In this document: positions 51,134 to 59,514 of the stretch, piece by piece
Layout: each line of letters starts with the position of its first letter
Numbering within the stretch: position 1 is the first letter of the stretch
Assembly (NCBI GenBank): GCA_948465565.1
Contig: CAOJXR010000006.1
Coordinates: 3,010-67,009, forward strand
Direction of reading: 5' to 3'
Source: an uncultured Clostridium sp.
GTDB taxonomy: Bacteria > Bacillota > Clostridia > TANB77 > CAG-508
DNA length: 64,000 nucleotides
The notes under the pieces: generated by a model
Seen by the model: the letters and a program-made list of their open reading frames with translations, nothing else
Told to the model about the DNA's origin: nothing
Database searches by the model: none
Made by a program: the position numbers and the translations under genes

Positions 51134-52402
51134 ATGAGAGATTATTTATCTATTGAAAGTGTAAATGCGCTAGAGGTGTTGGATTCTAGGGGAAATCCTA
51201 CTGTTCAGGTTGAGGTTACTACTGATGGTGGTTTTTGTGCTAAGGCGATAGCTCCATCTGGTGCTTCTACAGGAAAATATGAGGCTTTGGAATTACGTGA
51301 TGGCGATAAGGAAAGATTTAATGGGAAGGGTGTACTTAAAGCTGTTCGAAATGTTAATCATAAGATTTGTAAGTCATTAGTTGGTGTTAATGTATATGAT
51401 CAACAAAAGGTTGATAACATTTTGATAGAATTAGATGGAACAGAAGACAAGAGTGGACTTGGTGCAAATGCGATGATTGCAACTTCTATGGCTACTGCTA
51501 GGGTTGCGGCAAGAAGTCTCGGAATTCCTCTATTTTCTTATATTGGTGGGGTGTATGCAAATAGATTACCAATACCTATGCTTAATATTTTGAATGGTGG
51601 TAGACATGCTTCAAATAATATTAGTATTCAGGAATTTATGATTGTTCCTAAAAGAGAAGAAAATTACATTGATGTTATGAGAAAATGTGCTAAAGTGTAT
51701 GGAACTTTGAAAAATATTTTGTCTGTTAAAGGCTACAATGTTGGTGTTGGTGATGAAGGTGGTTTTGCTCCAAATCTTGAGGATGATGAAGATGCAATAA
51801 AATATATTTTGGAGGCTATTGTTAAATCTGGGTTTGAACCTGGCAAAGATTTTGGATTGGCACTTGATGTGGCTGCAAGTGAGATGAAGAATGAGGCTGC
51901 AAAACTTGGAAAAGATGGATATTTGTTGTGGAAGACTGATAAATATAAGAATACTGATGAGATGATTGGTTATTTGATAAGCTTGGCTGAGAGGTATCCG
52001 ATTATTTCTATTGAGGATGGTTTGGCTGAGGAAGATTGGGGGGCATGGTCTGATTTACAAGCAAGAATTGGAAATAGGATTATGATTGTTGGTGATGACT
52101 TGTATGTTACAAATAAGTCAAGATTGATTAAGGGAATTAAAGATAGGGCTTCAAATTCTATTTTGGTAAAACCTAATCAAATTGGTACAGTGTCTGAGAC
52201 AATGGATACTATTAAGACTGCGAAGGCTGCTGGAATGAAGGTTATTATGTCTCATCGTTCTGGAGAGACTGAGGATACTTTTATTTCTGATTTAGCTGTT
52301 GGTTGTATGGCTGATTATATTAAGTCTGGTGCACCAGCAAGGTCAGAGAGAGTGGCTAAGTATAATAGGCTTTTAAATATTGATGAAATTTTGAAAATTT
52401 GA
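51134..52402 (+). CDS. eno: enolase
   Basis: DSRGNPTV, PSGASTG, GDEGGFAP, SHRSGETED, RSERVAKYN. Confidence 0.96.
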   Translation: MRDYLSIESVNALEVLDSRGNPTVQVEVTTDGGFCAKAIAPSGASTGKYEALELRDGDKERFNGKGVLKAVRNVNHKICKSLVGVNVYDQQKVDNILIELDGTEDKSGLGANAMIATSMATARVAARSLGIPLFSYIGGVYANRLPIPMLNILNGGRHASNNISIQEFMIVPKREENYIDVMRKCAKVYGTLKNILSVKGYNVGVGDEGGFAPNLEDDEDAIKYILEAIVKSGFEPGKDFGLALDVAASEMKNEAAKLGKDGYLLWKTDKYKNTDEMIGYLISLAERYPIISIEDGLAEEDWGAWSDLQARIGNRIMIVGDDLYVTNKSRLIKGIKDRASNSILVKPNQIGTVSETMDTIKTAKAAGMKVIMSHRSGETEDTFISDLAVGCMADYIKSGAPARSERVAKYNRLLNIDEILKI

Positions 52403-52471
52403 TATTGATTAAATTGAGAAAGAAGTGTATAATAGACGTGGACTTGAAATGAGTTCACGTTTTTAATTTAT

Positions 52472-52546
52472 TGGGGTATCGCCAAGCGGTAAGGCATCGG
52501 ACTCTGACTCCGACATTCCTAAGTTCGAATCTTAGTACCCCAGCCA
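52472..52546 (+). tRNA. tRNA-Gln(CTG)
   Basis: Cloverleaf, anticodon loop CTCTGAC, CCA end; promoter TTGATT-17bp-TATAAT at 52405-52433. Confidence 0.96.
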
Positions 52547-52637
52547 GTTATATCAGTCTGTAAATGTAAGAACTTTTGATAATACATTTGCAGGCTTCTT
52601 TTTATAATATTGTATAGATAATTAACAGGAGTAGTCT

Positions 52638-53516
52638 ATGATAAATCTAGAGTTATATAGAATATTTAAGATTGTAGCAGATAAAGAGAATTTAACAAAA
52701 GCAAGTGAGGCTTTACATATTTCGCAACCAGCTGTGACTAAACATATTAAAAATCTTGAAAATCAATTAAATACACAATTATTTAAGAGAAGTAAATATG
52801 GAATGATATTAAATGAAAATGGTAAGAGATTGTATTTGCAAATAAAAGATTCAATAGCAGCTCTTGAAAAGGCAGAAGATTTATTTAATACTCATAAGGA
52901 TATAAATTTAGGTGTGCATGTAAATATGCCTAATAAAATTTATGATAATGCTATTATGAAATTTTATGAAAGCTATCAAAATAGTATTATTAATATACAT
53001 CAGTTAACAGCGGAAAATATGTTTTCTATGTTAGAAAAACAGAAAATAGATATTGTATTTTCTAAAAAATATAGTGATGAATTATATAATCCAGAGGAAA
53101 TTAAATTTATAAAAATTGGAGAGTTACATGATGTGTTTGTTGTAAATGTTAATTCAAAGTATTTGAATAAAAAGCTTTCTAAAAATGATTTGAGAAATAT
53201 AAAAATCTACACATTGAAAAGATTTTCTAGTGCATATCAAAATTTAATAAAAGAGCTTGGATATGATGAAAAGACTATAGGTAATGTTGATAATGTTAAT
53301 TATACTGCAATGCTTGAGTTGTTAAAGGTTAGAGATATAGTGACTGTTATAACTAAGGAATATGTAGAAGAAAAGTTAGCTAATAATGAATTATGTGTTT
53401 TGGATGTTGGCTTTTTGCTTCCTAATGCTGAGTTTGGTTTGTATTATAATGTTAATAATAATTTTAAAGAATTAAAGGATTTAGTTGGAATTTTTAAAAG
53501 TAATTGCAAACTATAA
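52638..53516 (+). CDS. LysR family transcriptional regulator
   Basis: NLTKASEALHISQPAVTKHIKNLE..L..QLFKR HTH. Confidence 0.92.
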   Translation: MINLELYRIFKIVADKENLTKASEALHISQPAVTKHIKNLENQLNTQLFKRSKYGMILNENGKRLYLQIKDSIAALEKAEDLFNTHKDINLGVHVNMPNKIYDNAIMKFYESYQNSIINIHQLTAENMFSMLEKQKIDIVFSKKYSDELYNPEEIKFIKIGELHDVFVVNVNSKYLNKKLSKNDLRNIKIYTLKRFSSAYQNLIKELGYDEKTIGNVDNVNYTAMLELLKVRDIVTVITKEYVEEKLANNELCVLDVGFLLPNAEFGLYYNVNNNFKELKDLVGIFKSNCKL

Positions 53517-53577
53517 CTATAGGTTATATTTTGCGAAAGAATATGTATTTTACAGAATATAGAACCCTTTTTATAAT
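53512..53577 (+). promoter_or_regulatory. putative LysR operator and promoter of the RtcB-like gene
   Basis: TATAAC-TATAG-GTTATA dyad at 53512-53528; TTTACA-17bp-TATAAT at 53549-53577. Confidence 0.55.
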
Positions 53578-53619
53578 TAAAATGATGAGAATCAATTTTA
53601 TTATAAAAGGGGTTTTTTT

Positions 53620-54834
53620 ATGGTAATAAATTTTTCATTAAATGATAATACCCAAAAAGAAATATTAAAACATTTGGAAATAACATCAAAATTACTAAGT
53701 AAAGTGGGAACGCAATTGTCTGGTACACAAAAGGAGAGTAGGATATTTGCAATGCCTGATTTAGGGATTGCACAAAATGGTACAAGAATGTTGGGTGGAT
53801 TTTATACAGGTGCTTGTTATTCATGGGATTCTGATGTTCCGTTTATTCCTGTGGATGCTACAGTGAATGTTTGTGGAACTGCAGTTTATAGGTTAAAGGA
53901 TAAAGTATCTGTTCAAGAATTTAAAAGTAGGTTAGATAATGTTATGGCAAATAGAGAAACATATTTAAAATATGCAACGACACGTCTTCCAGCGCAAATA
54001 TTGGATTCAATTGATTTAGAAATGACAAATAAATTTTATTGGAATTATAATGTGGGAAATCATTTTGTGATTTTGGCGGAACAAGATGCAGAAAATTCTG
54101 AAATTCCAAAAGGGCAATATATGATAGTTCATGCTTCTGCAATAGAGTTAAAAAAAGATAATTTAAAATATGGATTATATCCTGTAGAAGGAAATTGGTA
54201 TTATGATGATATTCAAGTAGTGCGTGATGATAAAGAAAATCGATATTTGAGATATATTTATGGAGAAAAGGCTGTTCAATTTTTTGAATTGGCTAATATG
54301 TTACAGAAAATAAATAAAGATAGAAATAGATATTTTTGTAGGGCTGCTTTAGGTGAATTGGTAGGTGAAGAAGTTATTAATTTAAGTCACTATGGAATGC
54401 CTACCAGTAATGCTATATGTATAGGTTGCCAATGGGAGAAAGATGATTTTACTTTATTAACTGCACCTGGAAATGATATTTACTTAGTTCGTCCTGAAGT
54501 ATCTTTTGAAAATACAATAAAACTACAATATAAACAAATTACTTTAATGCCACATGGTTGTGGTGTAATGCTTAAAAATAGTAATGATACAATTAAATAT
54601 TTAAAAGATGGAATTTTAATTGGAAATAAGTATTTTAAAAAGGGAGAAAGTATTGATATTGGAAATGATGTAGTTGTTAGAACGAATGGTATGAGTGAAG
54701 AACATGTAAGACAACATGTAGAAAAGGTTTTAAGTAAATGTCAGGGTACAATTTATGGACGAATGCATCAGTTGTTTGCAAGGACTAAATATGGAGATTT
54801 TGATTATAGCAGAAGATATAAAAATAATGTGTAA
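53620..54834 (+). CDS. divergent RtcB-like protein
   Basis: Ordered motifs AMPD, VDATVNVCG, GNHF, IVHAS, LSHYG, MPHGCG match RtcB metal ligands and catalytic His. Confidence 0.65.
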   Translation: MVINFSLNDNTQKEILKHLEITSKLLSKVGTQLSGTQKESRIFAMPDLGIAQNGTRMLGGFYTGACYSWDSDVPFIPVDATVNVCGTAVYRLKDKVSVQEFKSRLDNVMANRETYLKYATTRLPAQILDSIDLEMTNKFYWNYNVGNHFVILAEQDAENSEIPKGQYMIVHASAIELKKDNLKYGLYPVEGNWYYDDIQVVRDDKENRYLRYIYGEKAVQFFELANMLQKINKDRNRYFCRAALGELVGEEVINLSHYGMPTSNAICIGCQWEKDDFTLLTAPGNDIYLVRPEVSFENTIKLQYKQITLMPHGCGVMLKNSNDTIKYLKDGILIGNKYFKKGESIDIGNDVVVRTNGMSEEHVRQHVEKVLSKCQGTIYGRMHQLFARTKYGDFDYSRRYKNNV

Positions 54835-54847
54835 TAGGAGAAGAGAA

Positions 54848-55384
54848 ATGGAGATATTATTAACAAGACATGGACAAACAGAATGGAATTTATTAAAAAG
54901 GGTACAGGGAAAAGCAGATACAGAATTAAATGAAGAAGGAATTAAACAAGCAGAGAAGACGAGAGATTATTTGAAAAATGAAAAAATAGATTTAATTTTG
55001 TGTTCACCATTGAAAAGAGCCAAGCAAACTACTGAAATTATTAATCAGGGAAGAAACATTAAGGTAATGATTGATGAAAGAATTTCAGAAAGAGATTTTG
55101 GAGAATTTGAAGGAATGTTTAAGAAAGATTTTAATTACAATGCTTTTTGGAGTTATAAACAAAATTTAAAATATGATGAAGCGGAAAATATAACAGAATT
55201 TTTTAGAAGAGTATATGATTTTTTAGATAGTGTTAAAAAAGAATATGATGGGAAAAGAGTATTAATAGTAGCACATGCTGGAGTTAGTATTCCAGTTAAA
55301 TGTTATTTTGAAGGAATACCGAATCAAGAATGTTTATCATCATTACATTTAGAAAATTGTGAAGTTGTGAAATATTCTTATTAA
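54848..55384 (+). CDS. histidine phosphatase family protein
   Basis: LTRHGQTEWN, SPLKRA, ERDFGEFEG, VAHAG. Confidence 0.92.
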   Translation: MEILLTRHGQTEWNLLKRVQGKADTELNEEGIKQAEKTRDYLKNEKIDLILCSPLKRAKQTTEIINQGRNIKVMIDERISERDFGEFEGMFKKDFNYNAFWSYKQNLKYDEAENITEFFRRVYDFLDSVKKEYDGKRVLIVAHAGVSIPVKCYFEGIPNQECLSSLHLENCEVVKYSY

Positions 55385-55604
55385 TAATTACATTATGAAG
55401 AGTTTGTTTCTATTGGAATGGAAAATTTAAAATTAGTACAATGAAGTTTGCATATTATGTTAAGTTATGGTATAATTTTGTGTGATGTAGGATAGCCTAT
55501 GTCGTATAATCTTTTTACACTAATTAGTGGGAGGAGAACCTCCTAGCTTTTTAGTTTTTTACATAAAGTACCTTTAGACAACATGGAGCTAATAGGAGGA
55601 TAGT

Positions 55605-55862
55605 ATGTGGGATTATATTGTACTTTTTGGCAAAAGCGTTGCTGTTATGGCAGCTGTGGTGCTGCTTGTTGTGGCGTTTTATGTGCCACAGGAGCTGCGG
55701 CAGGATTTGAGAAGTCCTGAGCTTAGCAAGGAGTATAAGCGGGAAATGCGGAGCGAGCAGCGCTGGCAGAATGCATTTGTTGGATGGAGAGTTTTCTTCA
55801 TTCTGCTGTTGGTGATGATGATTGTTGCTGCTATTTGCCTGCTGGCGAGTATCCCCGCATAG
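55605..55862 (+). CDS. GC-rich orphan two-TM small membrane protein
   Basis: SD AGGAGG; promoter TTGCAT-17bp-TATAAT at 55448-55476; terminator 55909-55940; two hydrophobic segments. Confidence 0.65.
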   Translation: MWDYIVLFGKSVAVMAAVVLLVVAFYVPQELRQDLRSPELSKEYKREMRSEQRWQNAFVGWRVFFILLLVMMIVAAICLLASIPA

Positions 55863-55908
55863 CAAACTACCACAAATAAAAGTAACTGAATATAAAGAAG
55901 GTTCTTTT

Positions 55909-55940
55909 ACGCCCCTTTTTAGGGGCGTTTTTCTTTTTTT
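55909..55940 (+). terminator. intrinsic terminator
   Basis: ACGCCCCT-TTTT-AGGGGCGT-TTTT. Confidence 0.8.
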
Positions 55941-56035
55941 ATAATTTTTTGAGAAAATTTTATTTATTATGGTATAATGGGTGTGGCAAGTGAAGTATTT
56001 TTAGAATATTATAAAAAAACGGAAAGGTTAGTTTT

Positions 56036-57430
56036 ATGGATAAATCATTGAAATTTAAAGAACTTAGAGAAGAGTATAAAGAGTTCTATTATAATAGTTA
56101 TAAGGTAACTGAAGATAATGAGTATATTTATCTAGAATATGAATTTGAGATTGCTGGTCTTACTAAGTTTAATCCTACATTAAAGATTGATAAAAAGAAT
56201 ATGCCTTTTAAGAGTATTGATAATACATATGTTAGAAATATGGTGTTTCATATTGGATTGATTGAGCTTATTAGTTATTGGAAGTGCACATGTGCGCTTA
56301 AGGTTATTATAAGATGTGGTTATTTAAATGATGAACAGATTGCCTGGTGGAAGAAATTATATTTTTATGGGTTAGGAGAGCTGTTTTATACAAATAATAT
56401 ACATACGTCTATTGAAGATTTTATGATTATAGAAACTATGGGAGATAAGAATGAATTTATGTATGAGCCAATTGGTGATGAGTCTAATGGATATATTGTT
56501 CCGATTGGTGGTGGAAAAGATTCTTGTGTTACTTTGGAAACTTTGAAAGTTGATAAGGAAAAGGATTATTGCTTGATTATTAATTCTAAGCCAGTTACAT
56601 TGAAGTGTGCTGAAATTGCTGGATTTGAAAATGATAATATTATTGAGATTTCTAGGACTATTGACAAGAGATTGCTTGAGTTAAATGAAAAGGGTTGCAT
56701 AAATGGTCATACGCCATTTTCTACAATGCTTGCATTTGTGTCTTATTTTGTTGCACATTTGCTTGGTAAGAAATATGTGGCGTTATCTAATGAGAATAGT
56801 GCAAATGAGTCAAATGTTGTTGGTGAGAAAATAAATCATCAATATTCAAAGAGTTTTGAGTTTGAGTGTGATTTTGAGGAGTATACAGAGAAGTTTTTGA
56901 GGGCTCCTGTGAAATATTTTAGTTTTTTGAGACCACTTAATGAGTTGCAAATTGCGAAGATTTTTTCAGGATTGGAACAATATCATTCTGTGTTTAAGAG
57001 CTGTAATGTTGGCAGTAAGGGGAAAGAGTGGAAATGGTGTTGTAATTGTGCGAAGTGTTTATTTGCGTATATTATTTTGAGTCCATTTTTGTATAAAGAG
57101 AAATTGGTTAATATTTTTGGGGAAGATTTATTTGAAAAGGAAAATTTGCTTGATATATTTTTGGGGTTGACTGGTAATGCGGAAAATAAACCTTTTGATT
57201 GCGTTGGAACGTATGAGGAAGTTAATTTTGCGATTAGTAAGACGATTAAAAATGTTGAGAATAGTGGATTAGAGATACCATTTTTGTTGAGATATTATAA
57301 AGATAATTTTGGCGTTGCTGATATGAGTGTTGATTTGACGAGAGTTTATAATGAGGAGAATAACTTGGAAGAGGAGCAAGATAAGTTACTTAGAGGGGTG
57401 ATATTTGATGATGATAAAAGAGTTGATTAA
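56036..57430 (+). CDS. murL: MurL-like UDP-MurNAc-L-Ala-L-Glu epimerase
   Basis: PP-loop GGGKDS, NGHTP, SNENSA, NHQYSKS, LRPLNEL, SCN, WCxxCxKC, KPFDCVG; overlaps downstream murD-like gene. Confidence 0.8.
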   Translation: MDKSLKFKELREEYKEFYYNSYKVTEDNEYIYLEYEFEIAGLTKFNPTLKIDKKNMPFKSIDNTYVRNMVFHIGLIELISYWKCTCALKVIIRCGYLNDEQIAWWKKLYFYGLGELFYTNNIHTSIEDFMIIETMGDKNEFMYEPIGDESNGYIVPIGGGKDSCVTLETLKVDKEKDYCLIINSKPVTLKCAEIAGFENDNIIEISRTIDKRLLELNEKGCINGHTPFSTMLAFVSYFVAHLLGKKYVALSNENSANESNVVGEKINHQYSKSFEFECDFEEYTEKFLRAPVKYFSFLRPLNELQIAKIFSGLEQYHSVFKSCNVGSKGKEWKWCCNCAKCLFAYIILSPFLYKEKLVNIFGEDLFEKENLLDIFLGLTGNAENKPFDCVGTYEEVNFAISKTIKNVENSGLEIPFLLRYYKDNFGVADMSVDLTRVYNEENNLEEEQDKLLRGVIFDDDKRVD

Positions 57431-58757
57431 GTATTTTGAAAATAAAAAAGTTCTTATTTTGGGATGTGGTAGAGAGGGAATTTCTACATATAAATTGATT
57501 AGAAAATATCTTAAAAATCAAGAGATTTACATTGCTGATGCAAAGCAAGATTTTCAAAAGGATTATGAAATTTTTGATGGTGATGAAAATGTACATTTTA
57601 TTAGTGGAGAGATGTATTTAGAAGGTTTGGAGAATTATGATGTTATTATGAAGGCTCCAGGTATTTCTTTTGCAGGGATTGATACGAGTAAGTATGTTCA
57701 TAAAATTAAATCACAATTGGAATTATTGCTTGAGTTTTTTGATGTTACGACTATTGGAATTACAGGTACAAAAGGGAAAAGTACGACAACTACTCTTATT
57801 TATAATGTGCTTCAAGAGCAGGGTGTTAGATCATTGTTACTTGGAAATATTGGTGTGCCAGTTTTTGATTTTATTGAAGAGATAAAAAAGGATGATGTAG
57901 TTGTTTTGGAGATGTCTTCACATCAACTTGAGTATATGCAATTGTCTCCTAATATTGCTATTTTGCTTAATGTTTTTGAGGAACATTTGGATCATTATAA
58001 TTCTTTTGAGGGATATGCTAATGCGAAATGTAATATTTATAAACATCAAAAAGAAAATGATTATTTTTTGTATAATGTTGATAACGAAATGTTGAATAAA
58101 TGTGTAAAGAAGAGCAAGGCTAATGTTTATAAGGTGAGTTTTAATGGTAAGGCAGGAAGTAATGTTTATATTAAAGATGATTATGTTTATTTTAATGATA
58201 AATCAATATACAATGTAAATGAAAAACGCAATTTATTTGGAGATTATAATCTTAATAATATTATGTTCGTGCTTGGGGTTTCTGAGATTTTGAAATTGGA
58301 TATAAATAAAACTATTCAAACAATTAGAAATTTTAAGACTTTGGAACATAGGCTTGAGTTTGTTGGAAAATATGATGATGTTTTGTATTATGATAATAGT
58401 ATTGCAACAGTTCCTGCTGCTGTAATTGAGGCTGTGAAGGCTTTGGAAAATGTTGATACTTTGATTATTGGTGGAATGGATAGAGGAATTGATTATAGCG
58501 ATTTTGTGGATTTTTTGAATTCTAGTAGTATTGAAAATATTGTGTGTATGCCTAAAACGGGTCATGATATTGCCAAAAGATTGAATAATGGAAAGGCATA
58601 TGTTGTAAATGATTTAGCAGAAGCGGTTGAAGTTTCTAAAAGAGTTACTAAAAAGGGGAAGAGTTGTTTACTTGCGCCAGCTGCTGCTAGTTATGGTTTT
58701 TTTAAGAATTTTGAGGAAAAGGGAGATTTGTATAAGAAATTGGTTAGAGGTATGTGA
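57408..58757 (+). CDS. murD: MurD-family ligase (probably MurD2, L-Glu adding)
   Basis: LGCGREG, KAPGI, GITGTKGKSTT, EMSSHQL, EEHLDH, HRLE, DNSIAT, PAAASY. Confidence 0.88.
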   Translation: MMIKELIKYFENKKVLILGCGREGISTYKLIRKYLKNQEIYIADAKQDFQKDYEIFDGDENVHFISGEMYLEGLENYDVIMKAPGISFAGIDTSKYVHKIKSQLELLLEFFDVTTIGITGTKGKSTTTTLIYNVLQEQGVRSLLLGNIGVPVFDFIEEIKKDDVVVLEMSSHQLEYMQLSPNIAILLNVFEEHLDHYNSFEGYANAKCNIYKHQKENDYFLYNVDNEMLNKCVKKSKANVYKVSFNGKAGSNVYIKDDYVYFNDKSIYNVNEKRNLFGDYNLNNIMFVLGVSEILKLDINKTIQTIRNFKTLEHRLEFVGKYDDVLYYDNSIATVPAAVIEAVKALENVDTLIIGGMDRGIDYSDFVDFLNSSSIENIVCMPKTGHDIAKRLNNGKAYVVNDLAEAVEVSKRVTKKGKSCLLAPAAASYGFFKNFEEKGDLYKKLVRGM

Positions 58758-58853
58758 GATACCTCTTTTTTGTTATCTAAGGTGCTTGGCTGGTTGAAAT
58801 AGGTTATGTTTTTTGATATAATGCATACAGTTTACTAAGTTGTGGGGGAATAT

Positions 58854-59495
58854 ATGAATAATTTAATTGGAATTATATTTATAACAATATATATAGTATT
58901 AGTTTTGGTAATGTCAAAGTTTTTGACTAAAAAGGGGAAAGAGGTTAGTAGGAAGTTTGTGCATATAATGCTTTCGAATATATGGTTTTTCTATTTAATG
59001 TTTATAGATTCGCTTTTGTATGCATGGATTTTGCCTGCTATTTTTGTTATTATGAATAGTCTTTCTTATAAATTTAAGATTTTTAAGTCTATTGAAAGAG
59101 AATGCAATGATGGTATGGGAACGGTTTACTATGCGATTTCTATATTATTGATTAGTTTATTTACATATAAAATAGGTAAGCCATTGTTAGGATTACCTGG
59201 TATTTTGGTTATGGGCTATGGAGATGGATTTGCTGCAATTATTGGACAAAAAATTAAAAGTAAAGAATATAAAGTTGGAAATACTACTAAGTCTATTGCA
59301 GGTTCTATAACGATGTTTTTGTTTAGTTTAGCAATATGCGTGGTTGTGTTTGGATTTTTGAATATGGAATATTTTTGGATTAAGGCTATTGGGGTGGCAA
59401 TTGTTGCGACAATATTAGAAGCGGTTTCAATTAAAGGACTAGATAATATTTCGGTGCCTGTTTTAGTTACAATACTTACTTATTTGAGTTTATAA
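58854..59495 (+). CDS. CTP-dependent polyprenol/phytol/dolichol kinase family membrane protein
   Basis: SRKFVHI, GTVYY, GYGDGFAAIIG, KSIAGS, GLDNI. Confidence 0.85.
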   Translation: MNNLIGIIFITIYIVLVLVMSKFLTKKGKEVSRKFVHIMLSNIWFFYLMFIDSLLYAWILPAIFVIMNSLSYKFKIFKSIERECNDGMGTVYYAISILLISLFTYKIGKPLLGLPGILVMGYGDGFAAIIGQKIKSKEYKVGNTTKSIAGSITMFLFSLAICVVVFGFLNMEYFWIKAIGVAIVATILEAVSIKGLDNISVPVLVTILTYLSL

Positions 59496-59514
59496 ATGTG
59501 GGGTGTTTTTCAAT

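Noticed and set aside
52472-55940. Integrative element at tRNA-Gln
   Set aside because: No integrase, and I saw no duplicated tRNA 3' end; at most an accessory hotspot.
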